Source: an uncultured beta proteobacterium (GTDB taxonomy: Bacteria; Pseudomonadota; Gammaproteobacteria; Burkholderiales; SG8-41). Taken from it: a stretch of 64,000 bases of DNA. This document shows positions 38,815 to 48,677 of this stretch, piece after piece. How positions within the stretch are numbered: position 1 is the first letter of the stretch; the number at the start of each line of letters is the position of its first letter. The translations under genes and the position numbers were made by a program. The stretch lies in assembly GCA_963829085.1 (NCBI GenBank), contig CAWHHJ010000006.1, forward strand, positions 239,398 through 303,397, written 5' to 3'. The notes below the pieces were generated by a model that was not told where the DNA came from, searched no databases, and saw nothing but the letters and a program-made list of their open reading frames with translations.

Positions 38815-39778
38815 CTACTCGGTCGTCATGCCGGCGGCTTTAGTGATTTTCGCATTGCGCACGAGCTCGTCTTTGATGAGCCGCGCAAACTCGTCGGGGC
38901 TTCCGGGATCCGGATCGCCGCCTTGTGCGATAAGCGCTGCTTTGGTCTCAGGCATCTTGAGCGCCGACGTCACTGCAGCATTGATGCGGATGACAATGTC
39001 GCTGCGGGTGCCCGCGGGAACGAGAATTCCGTACCATGACTGCACCTGATAGCCCGGCAGTGCCGTTTCGGCGATAGCGGGAATTTCCGGAATCGACGCA
39101 TGCCTTCGCAGGCTCGTCACACCTAATGCGCGCAGCCGCCCGGAACGATGATACGGAACGCCGCTCGGTATGGCGGGAAACGACAGATCGAGCTGTCCAC
39201 CGATGAGATCGACAAACGCAAGGCCGACACCTTTATACGGAATATGCGTGATGCTGATATTCGCCATGCTCTTGAACACTTCGGCAGCAAGATGCGACGC
39301 GCTGCCGAGGCCGCCCGAACCGTAATTCAAGTGTCCCGGGCTTCTTGCGCGCGAGCGCGATCAGCTCGGCCGCTGACTTGGCGGGAACCGATGGATGAAC
39401 CATGAGCAATTGCGGCGCCCGCACCACGAGCGTTACGGGAGCAAAGTCTGCAACGATGTCATACGGCACATGCTTGACGATGCTCGGCGTAACCGTGTGT
39501 TGCGATGTTCCAAGCAGCCAAGTGTGGCCATCGGGCGGCGCTTTCGCCACGAGCTCGGCGCCAATCGTCGCGTTGCCGCCGGCGCGGTTATCGACGATCA
39601 CTTGCTGGCCGAGCAGGTCTGAAAGCCGCGGTGCGAGCAGGCGCGCCACGGTGTCGGCGCCGCCCGCCGGCGGCACGGGCACGATGAATCGTATGGTGCG
39701 AGTCGGGTAGTTCTGCGCGGTTGCGCTACCTGCGCCCATGATGAAGGCGATGCTCGTGATGACCGGACGCAAGTTCAA
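38815..39778 (-). pseudogene. Bug/TctC-family receptor, frameshifted at CCCGGG 39335-39340
   Basis: N-terminal half: MNLRPVITSIAFIMGAGSATAQNYPTRTIRFIVPVPPAGGAD...LIALARKKPG (ORF 39233..39778). The adjacent frame continues (H)LNYGSGGLGSASHLAAEVFKSMANISITHIPYKG... (ORF 38815..39330). Confidence 0.8.
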
Positions 39779-40821
39779 TTGATCCTGGTCCTCGCGCCTT
39801 TAATGAGCTTTGCCCATTTGTCGATGTCCGTGCGAATCACGCGCGCAAATTCTTCAGGCGTATTGCCGATAGGCTCGATGCCCTGAGCGGTGATCGCCGC
39901 GGCAACTTCCGGAGTGCGTATCACTTTGACGATCGCATCGTGGAGTCGATCAATGATCGCGCGCGGCGTGCGCGCCGGCGCAAGGATGCCATTCCAGCCG
40001 ACGACCTCATAGCCGGGCAGGCCCGCTTCAGCGATCGTCGGAACGTCGGGAATTACGGCCAGACGATTTTTGGTACTGACACCGAGCGCACGCACGCGGC
40101 CTGCTTTCATCTGCGGAATCGCCACCACCGGCGCACTGAAGTAAGTTTGAATTTCGCCACCGATGAGAGCTGTCATCACCTGCGGGGCGCCTTTGTATGC
40201 TATTTGCACAAGGCGCGCGCCCGACATCGCGGAAAACATTTCGGCGCTCAAATCGCCGAGACTGCCGCGTCCGACGACACCATGATTGAACTGACCGGGT
40301 TTTTCGCGCGCCTGTGCGATCAACTCCTTGACAGTCGTCACCGGCAGCTTCGGATTTACCAGTAAGACCTGCGTCACCGATGTCACCATCGTAATCGGCG
40401 CAAAATCTTTGATCGTGTCATACGGCAAGTCTGAATAGAGAAGCGGATTCACCGGATGGGACGGAAACGCCATCAAAAGCGTGTAACCGTCGGGCGCCGC
40501 TTTGGCGACTATGTCCGAGCCTACTATGCCACTCGCGCCGGTCCGGTTGTCGACGATGACCTGCTGGCCGAGCGGCGCTTTGAGCTTCTCTGCGACTACA
40601 CGCGCAAAGGTATCTGTATTACCGCCCGCGCCCGTCGGGACGACGAGACGTACCGGCCGGCTTGGATAACTCTCGCCAGCGTTCGCAGACTGCATGACCA
40701 CGATCGAGCACATAGCGGCAAAGAACAATGCAACGTTCTTGATCGCGCCGCGCGTGAACCAAGGGACCAATCGCCCTCCGGCAGAAGAGCGGCAGATGAA
40801 GCGAGCGCTAAGCGGCATCAT
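39775..40821 (-). CDS. Bug/TctC-family periplasmic solute receptor
   Basis: ...AIKNVALFFAAMCSIVVMQSANAGESYPSRPVRLVVPTGAGGNTD. Start uncertain: ATG 40821/40818, the TTG at 40860 that overlaps the upstream stop, or the TTG at 40770. Confidence 0.85.
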   Translation of the reverse strand: MMPLSARFICRSSAGGRLVPWFTRGAIKNVALFFAAMCSIVVMQSANAGESYPSRPVRLVVPTGAGGNTDTFARVVAEKLKAPLGQQVIVDNRTGASGIVGSDIVAKAAPDGYTLLMAFPSHPVNPLLYSDLPYDTIKDFAPITMVTSVTQVLLVNPKLPVTTVKELIAQAREKPGQFNHGVVGRGSLGDLSAEMFSAMSGARLVQIAYKGAPQVMTALIGGEIQTYFSAPVVAIPQMKAGRVRALGVSTKNRLAVIPDVPTIAEAGLPGYEVVGWNGILAPARTPRAIIDRLHDAIVKVIRTPEVAAAITAQGIEPIGNTPEEFARVIRTDIDKWAKLIKGARTRIN

Positions 40822-40856
40822 GAATTGAACGGCCAATGCGATATCTACGATGCAAC

Positions 40857-42262
40857 TCAACGCAACATCAGCGCCGTCAAATCACGGACGTTGTCCACGT
40901 GCTCGATATCAAGCGCCATCTCAATGATGCGCTCGGTGCGATCAGCAGGCCACTGCGCGAACTCCGCGCAGCCGCGAACTTTGTCGGCAACTTGTTCTTC
41001 AGTCATCGGCAACGGCGGACTGCCGCGTGCAAAATCGACGCGCGCTGATAATTTCCGGCCGTCTTTCAAGCTCACTTCGAGAAACGTCGCGAGCAACGGA
41101 TAGCGATTCGCCGCCGCCTCCTCGTCGCTGTAGCACGTGTAGTCGATCTTGCCGATCGCTGCCTGAATGTCAGGACGGTTGACGACTTCGTCGGTGAACT
41201 CGGCGAGACCGGCCTTGCCCAGCACGAGTATCGAAGCGAGGCAAAACTCCATGCTGAACTTGCCCTGCAAGCCGGTTGCCGGCTGGTGATAGGTGAGGTT
41301 GCCCGGCAACAGCTTGTTCGTCTTTACGCCGATGCGATCGACCTGCGCCGCCACTATCGAGTGTTCATGCATGATGCGCTCGAGCTCGCACATCGCCGGG
41401 ATGCGTGAGCCTGCCCGAGGGAAAAGGCTTGATCGCAATGCTCGCGTCAGTAGCAAAAGTCCACGGCTTGCCGAGCGTTTCAAGCAGAACGCTGTCGTCA
41501 CATGTTCCCGCGTACGCGGCGAAAAACCCGCGGGGGCCTTCGAGCACCGTCGGCGCAGATGTGTAGCCGAGCGCCGCAAGCTCGCTGGCCAGTACGCCGC
41601 TTTCCGCCCCGCGGCCCGCATGCAGAGGCTTGGCCATCGTGCCAAAATTTTCGCGCACGCCGGCCGCTCCGCTTCCCGCGATGCCCAGCGCAGTGAGCGT
41701 TACATCCGGTCGAGCGACGCTGTAAATTGCATATCGCGGCGGTTGCACCGAAGACACCTATCGTGCCGCTCGAATGAAAACCGCGGCCGTAATGTGCACC
41801 GTCCGTCGCGATGCTGATCTTGCAGCTCACCTCGACACCCACGTTGAACGCCGCCAGCACGTCCGGCCCGGAATAGTTTCCGGCATCTGCCGCGGCGAAC
41901 AATGCTGCCGCCACCGATGCAGAGGGATGTATGCGGCTTGGATTGTGCGTGTCGTCGTAATCGTCGGAATGCATGGCCGTGCCGTTTGCCAGGGCGGCAA
42001 AGCGCGCGTGCGTACGCATGTCCGATCCAAATATCGTGCTGCTGCCGCCGACGCATCCCAGTGACGCGATATGACGCCGCAACAGAATGGTGCCTTCAGC
42101 GACGGAACCTGCGAAAGCAAGTCCCAGACAATCGAGCACCGCTTTGCGGCTGAGCGCGATAACGTCAGAGGGAATATCTTCGTAACGTGTGCTCGCCGCG
42201 AACTGCGCGACGCTCCGCGTCAGCGGCGGAGCATCGGCGGATTTGTTCTCGTTAGTCCGCAC
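40857..42262 (-). pseudogene. MmgE/PrpD family protein with two frame disruptions (~41705-41716 and ~41381-41393)
   Basis: Three consecutive frames each carry a sensible third. MRTNENKSADAPPLTRSVAQFAASTRYEDIPSDVIALSRKAVLDCLG...GFHSSGTIGVFGATAAICNLQR (ORF 41498..42262). Then PDVTLTALGIAGSGAAGVRENFGTMAKPLHAGRGAESG...IAIKPFPSG (ORF 41365..41757). Then AMCELERIMHEHSIVAAQVDRIGVKTN...DLTALMLR (ORF 40857..41645). Confidence 0.8.
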
Positions 42263-43229
42263 GGGCGCCTGACATGTTCACCACCTTTGACCATTTCGTC
42301 ATTTCGGTTTTGATATACGCGCTGAATTCTTCCGGCGTACTTGACGCAACGTCGGCGCCTTCGGCGGACAAGCGCTCGCGCGTTTCGGGCAAGGCAAGAA
42401 TGCGTTTGACCTCACTGTTCACTCGCCTGATGATAGCGCGCGAAGTGCCTGCCGGCGCAAAGAGTCCGTACCACGCGACGACTTCATAGCCGGGCACGCC
42501 GCCTTCTGCGACGGTCGCAACATCGGGCAACGCTGGCGAGCGTCGCGGACCTGTGACGCCGATGGCGCGCAAGCGCCCTCCCTTCACCTGCGACTGCGCC
42601 GAAACCATCCCAAGGAAGAATAGCTGCACCTGCCCGGCAATAAGATCGGTCATCACCGTTCCGAGATTCTTATACGGAACGTGGGTGAGCTTGATCCCGG
42701 CCATCGATTGAAGCAGCTCAGCGGTGAGATGACTGGCGCTGCCGGTGCCGAGTGATGCGTAGTTGAGTTGTCCTCGCTTGCTCTTCGCAAGCGCCACGAA
42801 TTCGCGCGTGTTCGTAACGCCCAGCGATGCGGGCGCCACCATAACATAAGGCGCGGTGGCAACGAGCGTGATTGGAGAGAAGTCGCGCACCGTATCTACC
42901 GTGAGCTTCTTGTACAGAGCGGCATTGATTGCGATATTCGCGGTATTGCCCATCATCAGCGTATAGCCGTCGCGCGGCGCCGTCGCCGCGATCTCAGTGC
43001 CAATGACGCCGCCGGAACCGGCGCGATTATCGATGACGACCTGCTGCCCCCACGCATCGCTCAATTTCTGTCCGACGGCACGCGCGAAAACATCGGCTGA
43101 GCCGCCGGCGGAGAACGGCACCACAATGCGGATTGGACGAGCTGGATACTGTTCAGCAAACGCCAAGCTGAACCACAAAGCGATCAGGACCATTGCGCCC
43201 GGCGCGAGCACACGCCTGAATTGTTTCAT
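42252..43229 (-). CDS. Bug/TctC-family periplasmic solute receptor
   Basis: MKQFRRVLAPGAMVLIALWFSLAFAEQYPARPIRIVVPFSAGGSAD. Confidence 0.9.
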   Translation of the reverse strand: MKQFRRVLAPGAMVLIALWFSLAFAEQYPARPIRIVVPFSAGGSADVFARAVGQKLSDAWGQQVVIDNRAGSGGVIGTEIAATAPRDGYTLMMGNTANIAINAALYKKLTVDTVRDFSPITLVATAPYVMVAPASLGVTNTREFVALAKSKRGQLNYASLGTGSASHLTAELLQSMAGIKLTHVPYKNLGTVMTDLIAGQVQLFFLGMVSAQSQVKGGRLRAIGVTGPRRSPALPDVATVAEGGVPGYEVVAWYGLFAPAGTSRAIIRRVNSEVKRILALPETRERLSAEGADVASSTPEEFSAYIKTEMTKWSKVVNMSGARAD

Positions 43230-43298
43230 GAACCGATGGTAACTGCGTGCGTGGACGTGGCGCAATATACAATTCGCCTTCGTTAACGGAGTGCGCGC

Positions 43299-44093
43299 TT
43301 GCCCTATCTCGATCTGACACCCGATTTTCAGCTTTACTATGAAATCGACGATCATACGGATGCGTGGACCAAGCCGGACACGATCGTGATGGTGCATGGC
43401 TTCACCGAGAATACGACGGCATGGCGGGCATGGGTGCCGCATCTTGCGCGTCATTACCGCGTGATCCGGTTCGATCAGCGCGGATTCGGCCGTTCGACAC
43501 CCGTGGCGCGCGACTTCACATTCACGACGGAACTCCTCGTCGACAACGTCGCTCGCCTAATCAGCGCGCTTAGCAGCGATCCGGTGCATGTCGTCGGCGC
43601 CAAAAGCGGCGGTCTGATCACCATCGAGCTCGCCGCGTTGCGGCCGCATCTGGTGCGCACGATTACCCTCGCGTCGACGCCGCTCGCACCGCCCGAGCCG
43701 CAAAACTGGCTCGAGCATATGGAGCAGCATGGCATGCGAAGCTGGGCACGCATGACGATGCCGCCGCGTCTCGGCAGCAAAATGCCGCCGCGCGGTATTG
43801 ATTGGTGGGTCGATATGATGGGAAGCACGGCGATCGACACTGCGCACGTGTATCTGCGCTGGGTCAGCACCATCAACGTCGCGGCCGATCTTCCACTGGT
43901 GAAATGTCCCGCGCTTGTGTTGACGACCGAGACGCCGCGTCGCGCATATAGCCGATCGGACATGGACATTTACCGGGAACGGCTGCCGCAGGCCGAAATC
44001 GCCGCGCTGCCGGTAGACGGCTATCATGTCGCCGCGACGGACCCGGATGAATGCGCGCGCATCACGCTCGATTTCCTGCGGCGCCATACCTGA
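43299..44093 (+). CDS. Alpha/beta hydrolase
   Basis: TTG start. LYYEIDDHTDAWTKPDTIVMVHGFTEN..., FDQRGFGRS, GAKSGG elbow-like motif, 264 aa. Confidence 0.78.
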   Translation: MPYLDLTPDFQLYYEIDDHTDAWTKPDTIVMVHGFTENTTAWRAWVPHLARHYRVIRFDQRGFGRSTPVARDFTFTTELLVDNVARLISALSSDPVHVVGAKSGGLITIELAALRPHLVRTITLASTPLAPPEPQNWLEHMEQHGMRSWARMTMPPRLGSKMPPRGIDWWVDMMGSTAIDTAHVYLRWVSTINVAADLPLVKCPALVLTTETPRRAYSRSDMDIYRERLPQAEIAALPVDGYHVAATDPDECARITLDFLRRHT

Positions 44094-44106
44094 CTTTGAC
44101 AATATG

Positions 44107-44157
44107 CTTGTCGCCAGTGCACGCTTGTTGCCAGTGCACGCTTGTTGCCAGTGCACA
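44107..44157. repeat. Three tandem copies of a 17-bp unit CTTGT(C/T)GCCAGTGCAC(G/A)
   Basis: Direct reading: cttgtcgccagtgcacg / cttgttgccagtgcacg / cttgttgccagtgcaca. Each unit contains the palindrome GTGCAC. Lies in the 120-bp gap between the hydrolase stop (44093) and the Bug start (44214). Confidence 0.9.
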
Positions 44158-44213
44158 TCAGGCAGCCGTTCGTATAAACCGCCTTGAAGCGGGTCGCCAT
44201 CGGAGGAAAGTAC

Positions 44214-45176
44214 ATGAAGCGCATCCTGTTTGTCGCAGCTTTGCTTGCGTTCGCATCGACAGCATACGCACAGCAGACTTATCCCAACCGGCCGCTGCGT
44301 ATGATCGTGCCGTGGCCGCCGGGGCAGGCCACGGATCTCGTCGGACGTGTGATGGCTCAGAAACTGTCGGAAGTGCTCGGCCAGCAGGTCGTGGTCGACA
44401 ACCGCGCCGGCGCGGGCGGCATGATCGGCACTGACGTTGCCGCCAAGGCAACGCCTGACGGCTACACGCTGCTCGCGGCGTCGAGCGGCCCGGTGACGAT
44501 CAATCCATTGCTGCAGAAAGCGGCTTACGATTCTGAGCGCGAGCTCGCGCCCGTGGCAAACGTTTGTCTGTCGCCTTATCTGCTCGCGGTCAGTCCGCAG
44601 TTCCCTCCGGCCAACGCGCGTGAGTTTATCGCGCTGCTCAAGGCGAGTCCCGGTAAGTACACGTTTGCATCTTCGGGGACGGGCGCGACCGGACACCTCG
44701 TCGCCGAATGGTTCAACAGTCTGGCGGGCGTGCAGGTAACGCATGTTCCGTACAAGGGCGCAGTGCCCGCGCTGACCGATGTCATCAGCAGTCGAGTCGC
44801 CTACACATTCGAGACCGTTGCCGCGACCCTGCCGCACGTCAAGGCGGGGCGGCTGAAAACCTATGGCATTTCACTCGGCAGAAGTACGCCGATTGCGCCC
44901 GGCGTCGAACCGCTCGCCTCTATCGCCGATCTGCCGGGATTCGATGCCGCGGCATGGATAGGCGTGATGGTCACGGCAGGCACGCCGAAGCCGGTCGTCG
45001 CACGACTCGCCGCCGCAGTAGAGACTGCAATGCAATCGCAGGAAGTAAAAGACCGTCTTTTCTCGGTCGGTGTCGATCTCGATTACCGTCGTCCGGAACC
45101 GTTCACGCACTATCTCAAAGAGCAGCAGACGCGTTATAAGGAGATCATCAAGCGAGGCAATATCCGCATCGAGTGA
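44214..45176 (+). CDS. Bug/TctC-family periplasmic solute receptor
   Basis: ATG at 44214 after GGAGGA. MKRILFVAALLAFASTAYAQQTYPNRPLRMIVPWPPGQATD. Confidence 0.9.
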   Translation: MKRILFVAALLAFASTAYAQQTYPNRPLRMIVPWPPGQATDLVGRVMAQKLSEVLGQQVVVDNRAGAGGMIGTDVAAKATPDGYTLLAASSGPVTINPLLQKAAYDSERELAPVANVCLSPYLLAVSPQFPPANAREFIALLKASPGKYTFASSGTGATGHLVAEWFNSLAGVQVTHVPYKGAVPALTDVISSRVAYTFETVAATLPHVKAGRLKTYGISLGRSTPIAPGVEPLASIADLPGFDAAAWIGVMVTAGTPKPVVARLAAAVETAMQSQEVKDRLFSVGVDLDYRRPEPFTHYLKEQQTRYKEIIKRGNIRIE

Positions 45177-45249
45177 TGTTCACCGCGGACAAGACAGCAC
45201 TGCATCAGACAATTTTAGTGCTGCTCACCGTCGAATGATGAGAGTTGAA

Positions 45250-46215
45250 ATGCGCAGGGCGACCGCGTCTGCGTGCCTTACGCTGATAGCAGCAACAGGC
45301 TTACTGCACGCACAAACGTATCCGTCGAGATCGATTACGGTCGTCGTGCCATCGGTCGCCGGCGGACCGACCGATCTCGTAGGGCGAACGGTCGCACAAA
45401 TTCTTTCTGAAAATCTCAGCCAGAATGCAGTGGTGGACAATCGCGCGGGCGCCGGCAACACACTCGGCGCCGAATATACGGCGCGCGCAAAACCGGATGG
45501 CTATACGCTGACCATCGGCAGCCCGAGCTCACATTCAATTGCGCCTGCGATTTATCCGAAGCTGCCGTACGATCCGGTGCGCGACTTCACGCCCATAACG
45601 CTGCTCGCGACTGCGCCGCTGCTGCTGGTTACACATCCGGCGCTGCCGGTTAAGAACGTCAAGGACCTGATCGCACTCGCCCAGGCGAAGCCGGGCCAGT
45701 TGAATTACGGATCAGGCGGCAGTGGAACGACAGGACATCTCACCGCGGAATATTTCAAATCGGTGACCGGTATCAGCGCCATTCATGTCCCCTATCGCGG
45801 AGTCGCCCCGGCGACCGTCGATCTGCTATCGGGTCAGCTTCAGTACATGTTTCACATACTCAACATCGGCGTCATCTACGTAAATTCGAAACAGCTGAGA
45901 GGCCTCGCGATCACCGGCCGCCAACATTCCGCGCTCGTGCCGGCTGTGCCGACGATGACTGAAGCCGGGCTCAAAGGCTTTGAGGTCTACACGTGGTACG
46001 GATTGATGGGACCGCAAGGCTTGAGCCGGGACGTGGTAGACAAACTACATGCCACGATGAGCAAGGCGCTCGTCATGCCTGACAACAAAAAGCGCTTCGA
46101 GCAACAGGGACTCGATATCGTCGGCGGTAAACCGGAAGAACTTGCAAATCTTATGCGCGATGAAATCGTACGTTGGAAAAAAGTCGCGACGGATTCGGGC
46201 GCTAAGGCGGACTAA
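45250..46215 (+). CDS. Bug/TctC-family periplasmic solute receptor
   Basis: MRRATASACLTLIAATGLLHAQTYPSRSITVVVPSVAGGPTD. Alternative ATGs at 45235 and 45238. Confidence 0.88.
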   Translation: MRRATASACLTLIAATGLLHAQTYPSRSITVVVPSVAGGPTDLVGRTVAQILSENLSQNAVVDNRAGAGNTLGAEYTARAKPDGYTLTIGSPSSHSIAPAIYPKLPYDPVRDFTPITLLATAPLLLVTHPALPVKNVKDLIALAQAKPGQLNYGSGGSGTTGHLTAEYFKSVTGISAIHVPYRGVAPATVDLLSGQLQYMFHILNIGVIYVNSKQLRGLAITGRQHSALVPAVPTMTEAGLKGFEVYTWYGLMGPQGLSRDVVDKLHATMSKALVMPDNKKRFEQQGLDIVGGKPEELANLMRDEIVRWKKVATDSGAKAD

Positions 46216-46288
46216 CGACTGCGTACCGACGACACATCATCGATGTGAAGAAACGCGTGATGACGAATGCAAACCGCGTCTGTCGCCG

Positions 46289-46711
46289 ATGAATCCACAC
46301 ATTACCCTTCTCACCCTCGGCGTCGATGATCTCGAGCGCTCGGTAGCTTTCTACCGCGACGGCCTCGGGTTCACTACCAGGGGCATCATCGGCACAGAGT
46401 TTGAGAACGGCGCTGTCGCATTCTTCAATCTTGAATCCGGACTGAAACTGGCGCTCTGGCCGCGTCGCAGCTTGTCCGCCGATAGCGGTGTGCCGATGCA
46501 ACAATCAAGCGCACTCGAGATGTCGCTTGGTCACAACGTGTCGTCAGAGAGCGAGGTCGACACTGTCATGCGTCAAGCTGAGCAGGCGGGCGCGAGGATC
46601 GTCAAACCAGCGCAGAAGACTTTTTATGGCGGCTACGCAGGCTACTTCCAGGATCCGGACGGCCACCTGTGGGAAGTGGCATTCAATCCCGGCTTTGCGT
46701 CGCTTGGTTGA
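46289..46711 (+). CDS. VOC (glyoxalase/bleomycin-resistance/dioxygenase) family protein
   Basis: MNPHITLLTLGVDDLERSVAFYRDGLGF...YGGYAGYFQDPDGHLWEVAFNP. Confidence 0.82.
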   Translation: MNPHITLLTLGVDDLERSVAFYRDGLGFTTRGIIGTEFENGAVAFFNLESGLKLALWPRRSLSADSGVPMQQSSALEMSLGHNVSSESEVDTVMRQAEQAGARIVKPAQKTFYGGYAGYFQDPDGHLWEVAFNPGFASLG

Positions 46712-46823
46712 GAAGCGCCACGCCGAAGGTCGGCCGCGTGTGCGGCTGGCGTATCATGGTTAACATTCGATCTGCAGATCTCCAACCCAGGTCGTGAGCA
46801 GGCAATGTTTAGGGAGGTACGCG

Positions 46824-47072
46824 ATGGCCGCTGATGGCAAGTATTGGTTCCCCGCAAAGCGCCGCGGATGGGGCTGGGGCTTACCGAACGCGTGGCAAGG
46901 CTGGCTCGTCCTCACCGCCTTTGGCGGCCTCGTGCTTGCCGGCGCGTTAGTGCTTTTGCCCACCGCCGGACCGGCGAAGTTCATCGCGTATTGCGCGTCG
47001 CTTTGCATACTTCTCGTCGCCGTCTGCTGGGCGAAAGGTGAGCGCCCGCGCTGGCGTTCGCATCCGCAATGA
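46824..47072 (+). CDS. Small two-TM membrane protein, hypothetical
   Basis: MAADGKYWFPAKRRGWGWGLPNAWQGWLVLTAFGGLVLAGALVLL...FIAYCASLCILLVAVCWA. Confidence 0.5.
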   Translation: MAADGKYWFPAKRRGWGWGLPNAWQGWLVLTAFGGLVLAGALVLLPTAGPAKFIAYCASLCILLVAVCWAKGERPRWRSHPQ

Positions 47073-47115
47073 AGTCCGCAGCGTGTTTGTGCCTTGAGTC
47101 GCTGTTCGAGGACTG

Positions 47116-47784
47116 ATGATGGTGTCGATAGATTCGGATCTACATTCTTACTACTCGGCGCGCGCTCCGGAATACGACAATGTTCATCTCAAGCCGGAGC
47201 GCCAGGCAGATTTACGCGCGATCGAACAATGGCTGCCGCCAATCTTTGCCGGCGCGCACGTCCTCGAGGTCGCTTGCGGCACAGGTTATTGGACACAGTT
47301 CATTGCGCCGGTGGCGTCGCACGTGCTCGCCGTCGACGCCTCGATCGAGACGATGAACATCGCGCGAGGCCGGGTACCGGAAGACCGGGTCGACTTCGTC
47401 GTCGGCGATGCATACGCTCTTCCCAGATCCGCCGGGAAGTTCGACGCGGCATTTGCGGGCTTCTGGTTCTCACACGTTCCGAAGCCACTACGGGTCGAGT
47501 TCCTGCGCGGCTTGAATTCGATGCTGAAGTCCGGCGCGAAAGTCGTCCTGTTGGACAACCGCTTCATTGAAGGCAGCAGTTCTCCGATCTCAGAGCAGGA
47601 TGTCGATGGAAACACATACCAGTCGCGAAAGCTCATCGACGGCAGAACATACCGGGTGCTCAAGAATTTTCCATCCGAGACAGAATTGAAGTCATCGATA
47701 GACGGACTTGGTGCAAGACCAATGCTCACGACCTGGGACTTCTATTGGGCGTTCACATATGTTGCAAAAGGCTCGTCAGCGTAG
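47116..47784 (+). CDS. Class I SAM-dependent methyltransferase
   Basis: The VLEVACGTGYWT glycine-rich SAM motif is followed by VLAVDAS and VVGDAYALP. Confidence 0.82.
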   Translation: MMVSIDSDLHSYYSARAPEYDNVHLKPERQADLRAIEQWLPPIFAGAHVLEVACGTGYWTQFIAPVASHVLAVDASIETMNIARGRVPEDRVDFVVGDAYALPRSAGKFDAAFAGFWFSHVPKPLRVEFLRGLNSMLKSGAKVVLLDNRFIEGSSSPISEQDVDGNTYQSRKLIDGRTYRVLKNFPSETELKSSIDGLGARPMLTTWDFYWAFTYVAKGSSA

Positions 47785-48032
47785 TTCGACGGTGTTACGT
47801 GCCTGCGCAAGTCGCAACGGTTCGTCGCTTGAGCATGGTGGTCCGCTAAGCGCCCGCCGCGCTTCGAAACGCATACTCAGGATTTATCCTGACCAACGGT
47901 TGTCAAACTAACGTGACTTCTCCCGCCGGGTCGCTCAGGCGGCATATTGATGGCCGCGCTAGTAACATCCAGGCGTTGACAGATCGCGCAGCAACCTTAA
48001 GACAAGTAAAGGCGCAGTCCTGTTCGGGCCGT

Positions 48033-48518
48033 ATGGCGTTCGATTACTCGCTCGATTTCTTAAATATCGATTTCCGCAAGCGTCCGGACCTTTACCGTGT
48101 TGGCAAGGGCGAGCAGGGCGTATTGCTCGTGGAACCGTACAAGAGCGAGATACTGCCACACTGGAAGTTCAAGACGCCGCAGATTGCACGGAAATCTGCC
48201 GCCGTGATTTACAGCTTGTTTCTCGATTACAAAGCAAAACGGGACTTTGTCGGGATGGATATGGCTCGCAAGTTTTTGCAGATGGGTTACACGCGGTCGA
48301 GGCGGTACGCGAATCACAAGTCCGGACGTAAGTACGTCCAAGGCACGCGAGCGATATTGCCGCGGGATGAAGACGCGACAAAGGCAGAGTCCGCGAGAAT
48401 ATTCTACGAGAAATGGCGCCGCGCGCAGGAAGACAAGACGTATCTACAGTTGAAGCAGAAACATCGCGTAAAGTATGAGACAGTAGGTCAAACGAGGAGC
48501 GTATTTCCAGCTGAATGA
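48033..48518 (+). CDS. DUF4385-like protein
   Basis: MAFDYSLDFLNIDFRKRPDLYRVGKGEQGVLLVEPYKSEILPHWKFKTPQIARKSA...ARKFLQMGYTRSRRYANHKSGRKY. Confidence 0.65.
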   Translation: MAFDYSLDFLNIDFRKRPDLYRVGKGEQGVLLVEPYKSEILPHWKFKTPQIARKSAAVIYSLFLDYKAKRDFVGMDMARKFLQMGYTRSRRYANHKSGRKYVQGTRAILPRDEDATKAESARIFYEKWRRAQEDKTYLQLKQKHRVKYETVGQTRSVFPAE

Positions 48519-48677
48519 GATCAACAACCGCGACTGCGGGCGTTGCCGCGATTCCCGTCTAACGATCGGCGCAGACGGGTTATGTTTACACGCCTGAAAC
48601 GAGCGCTTGTAAATTAGTTAATCCATAAATCAAATACAGCATGCACTATCATCATCTGCCACGCGTCGCAAATCACC

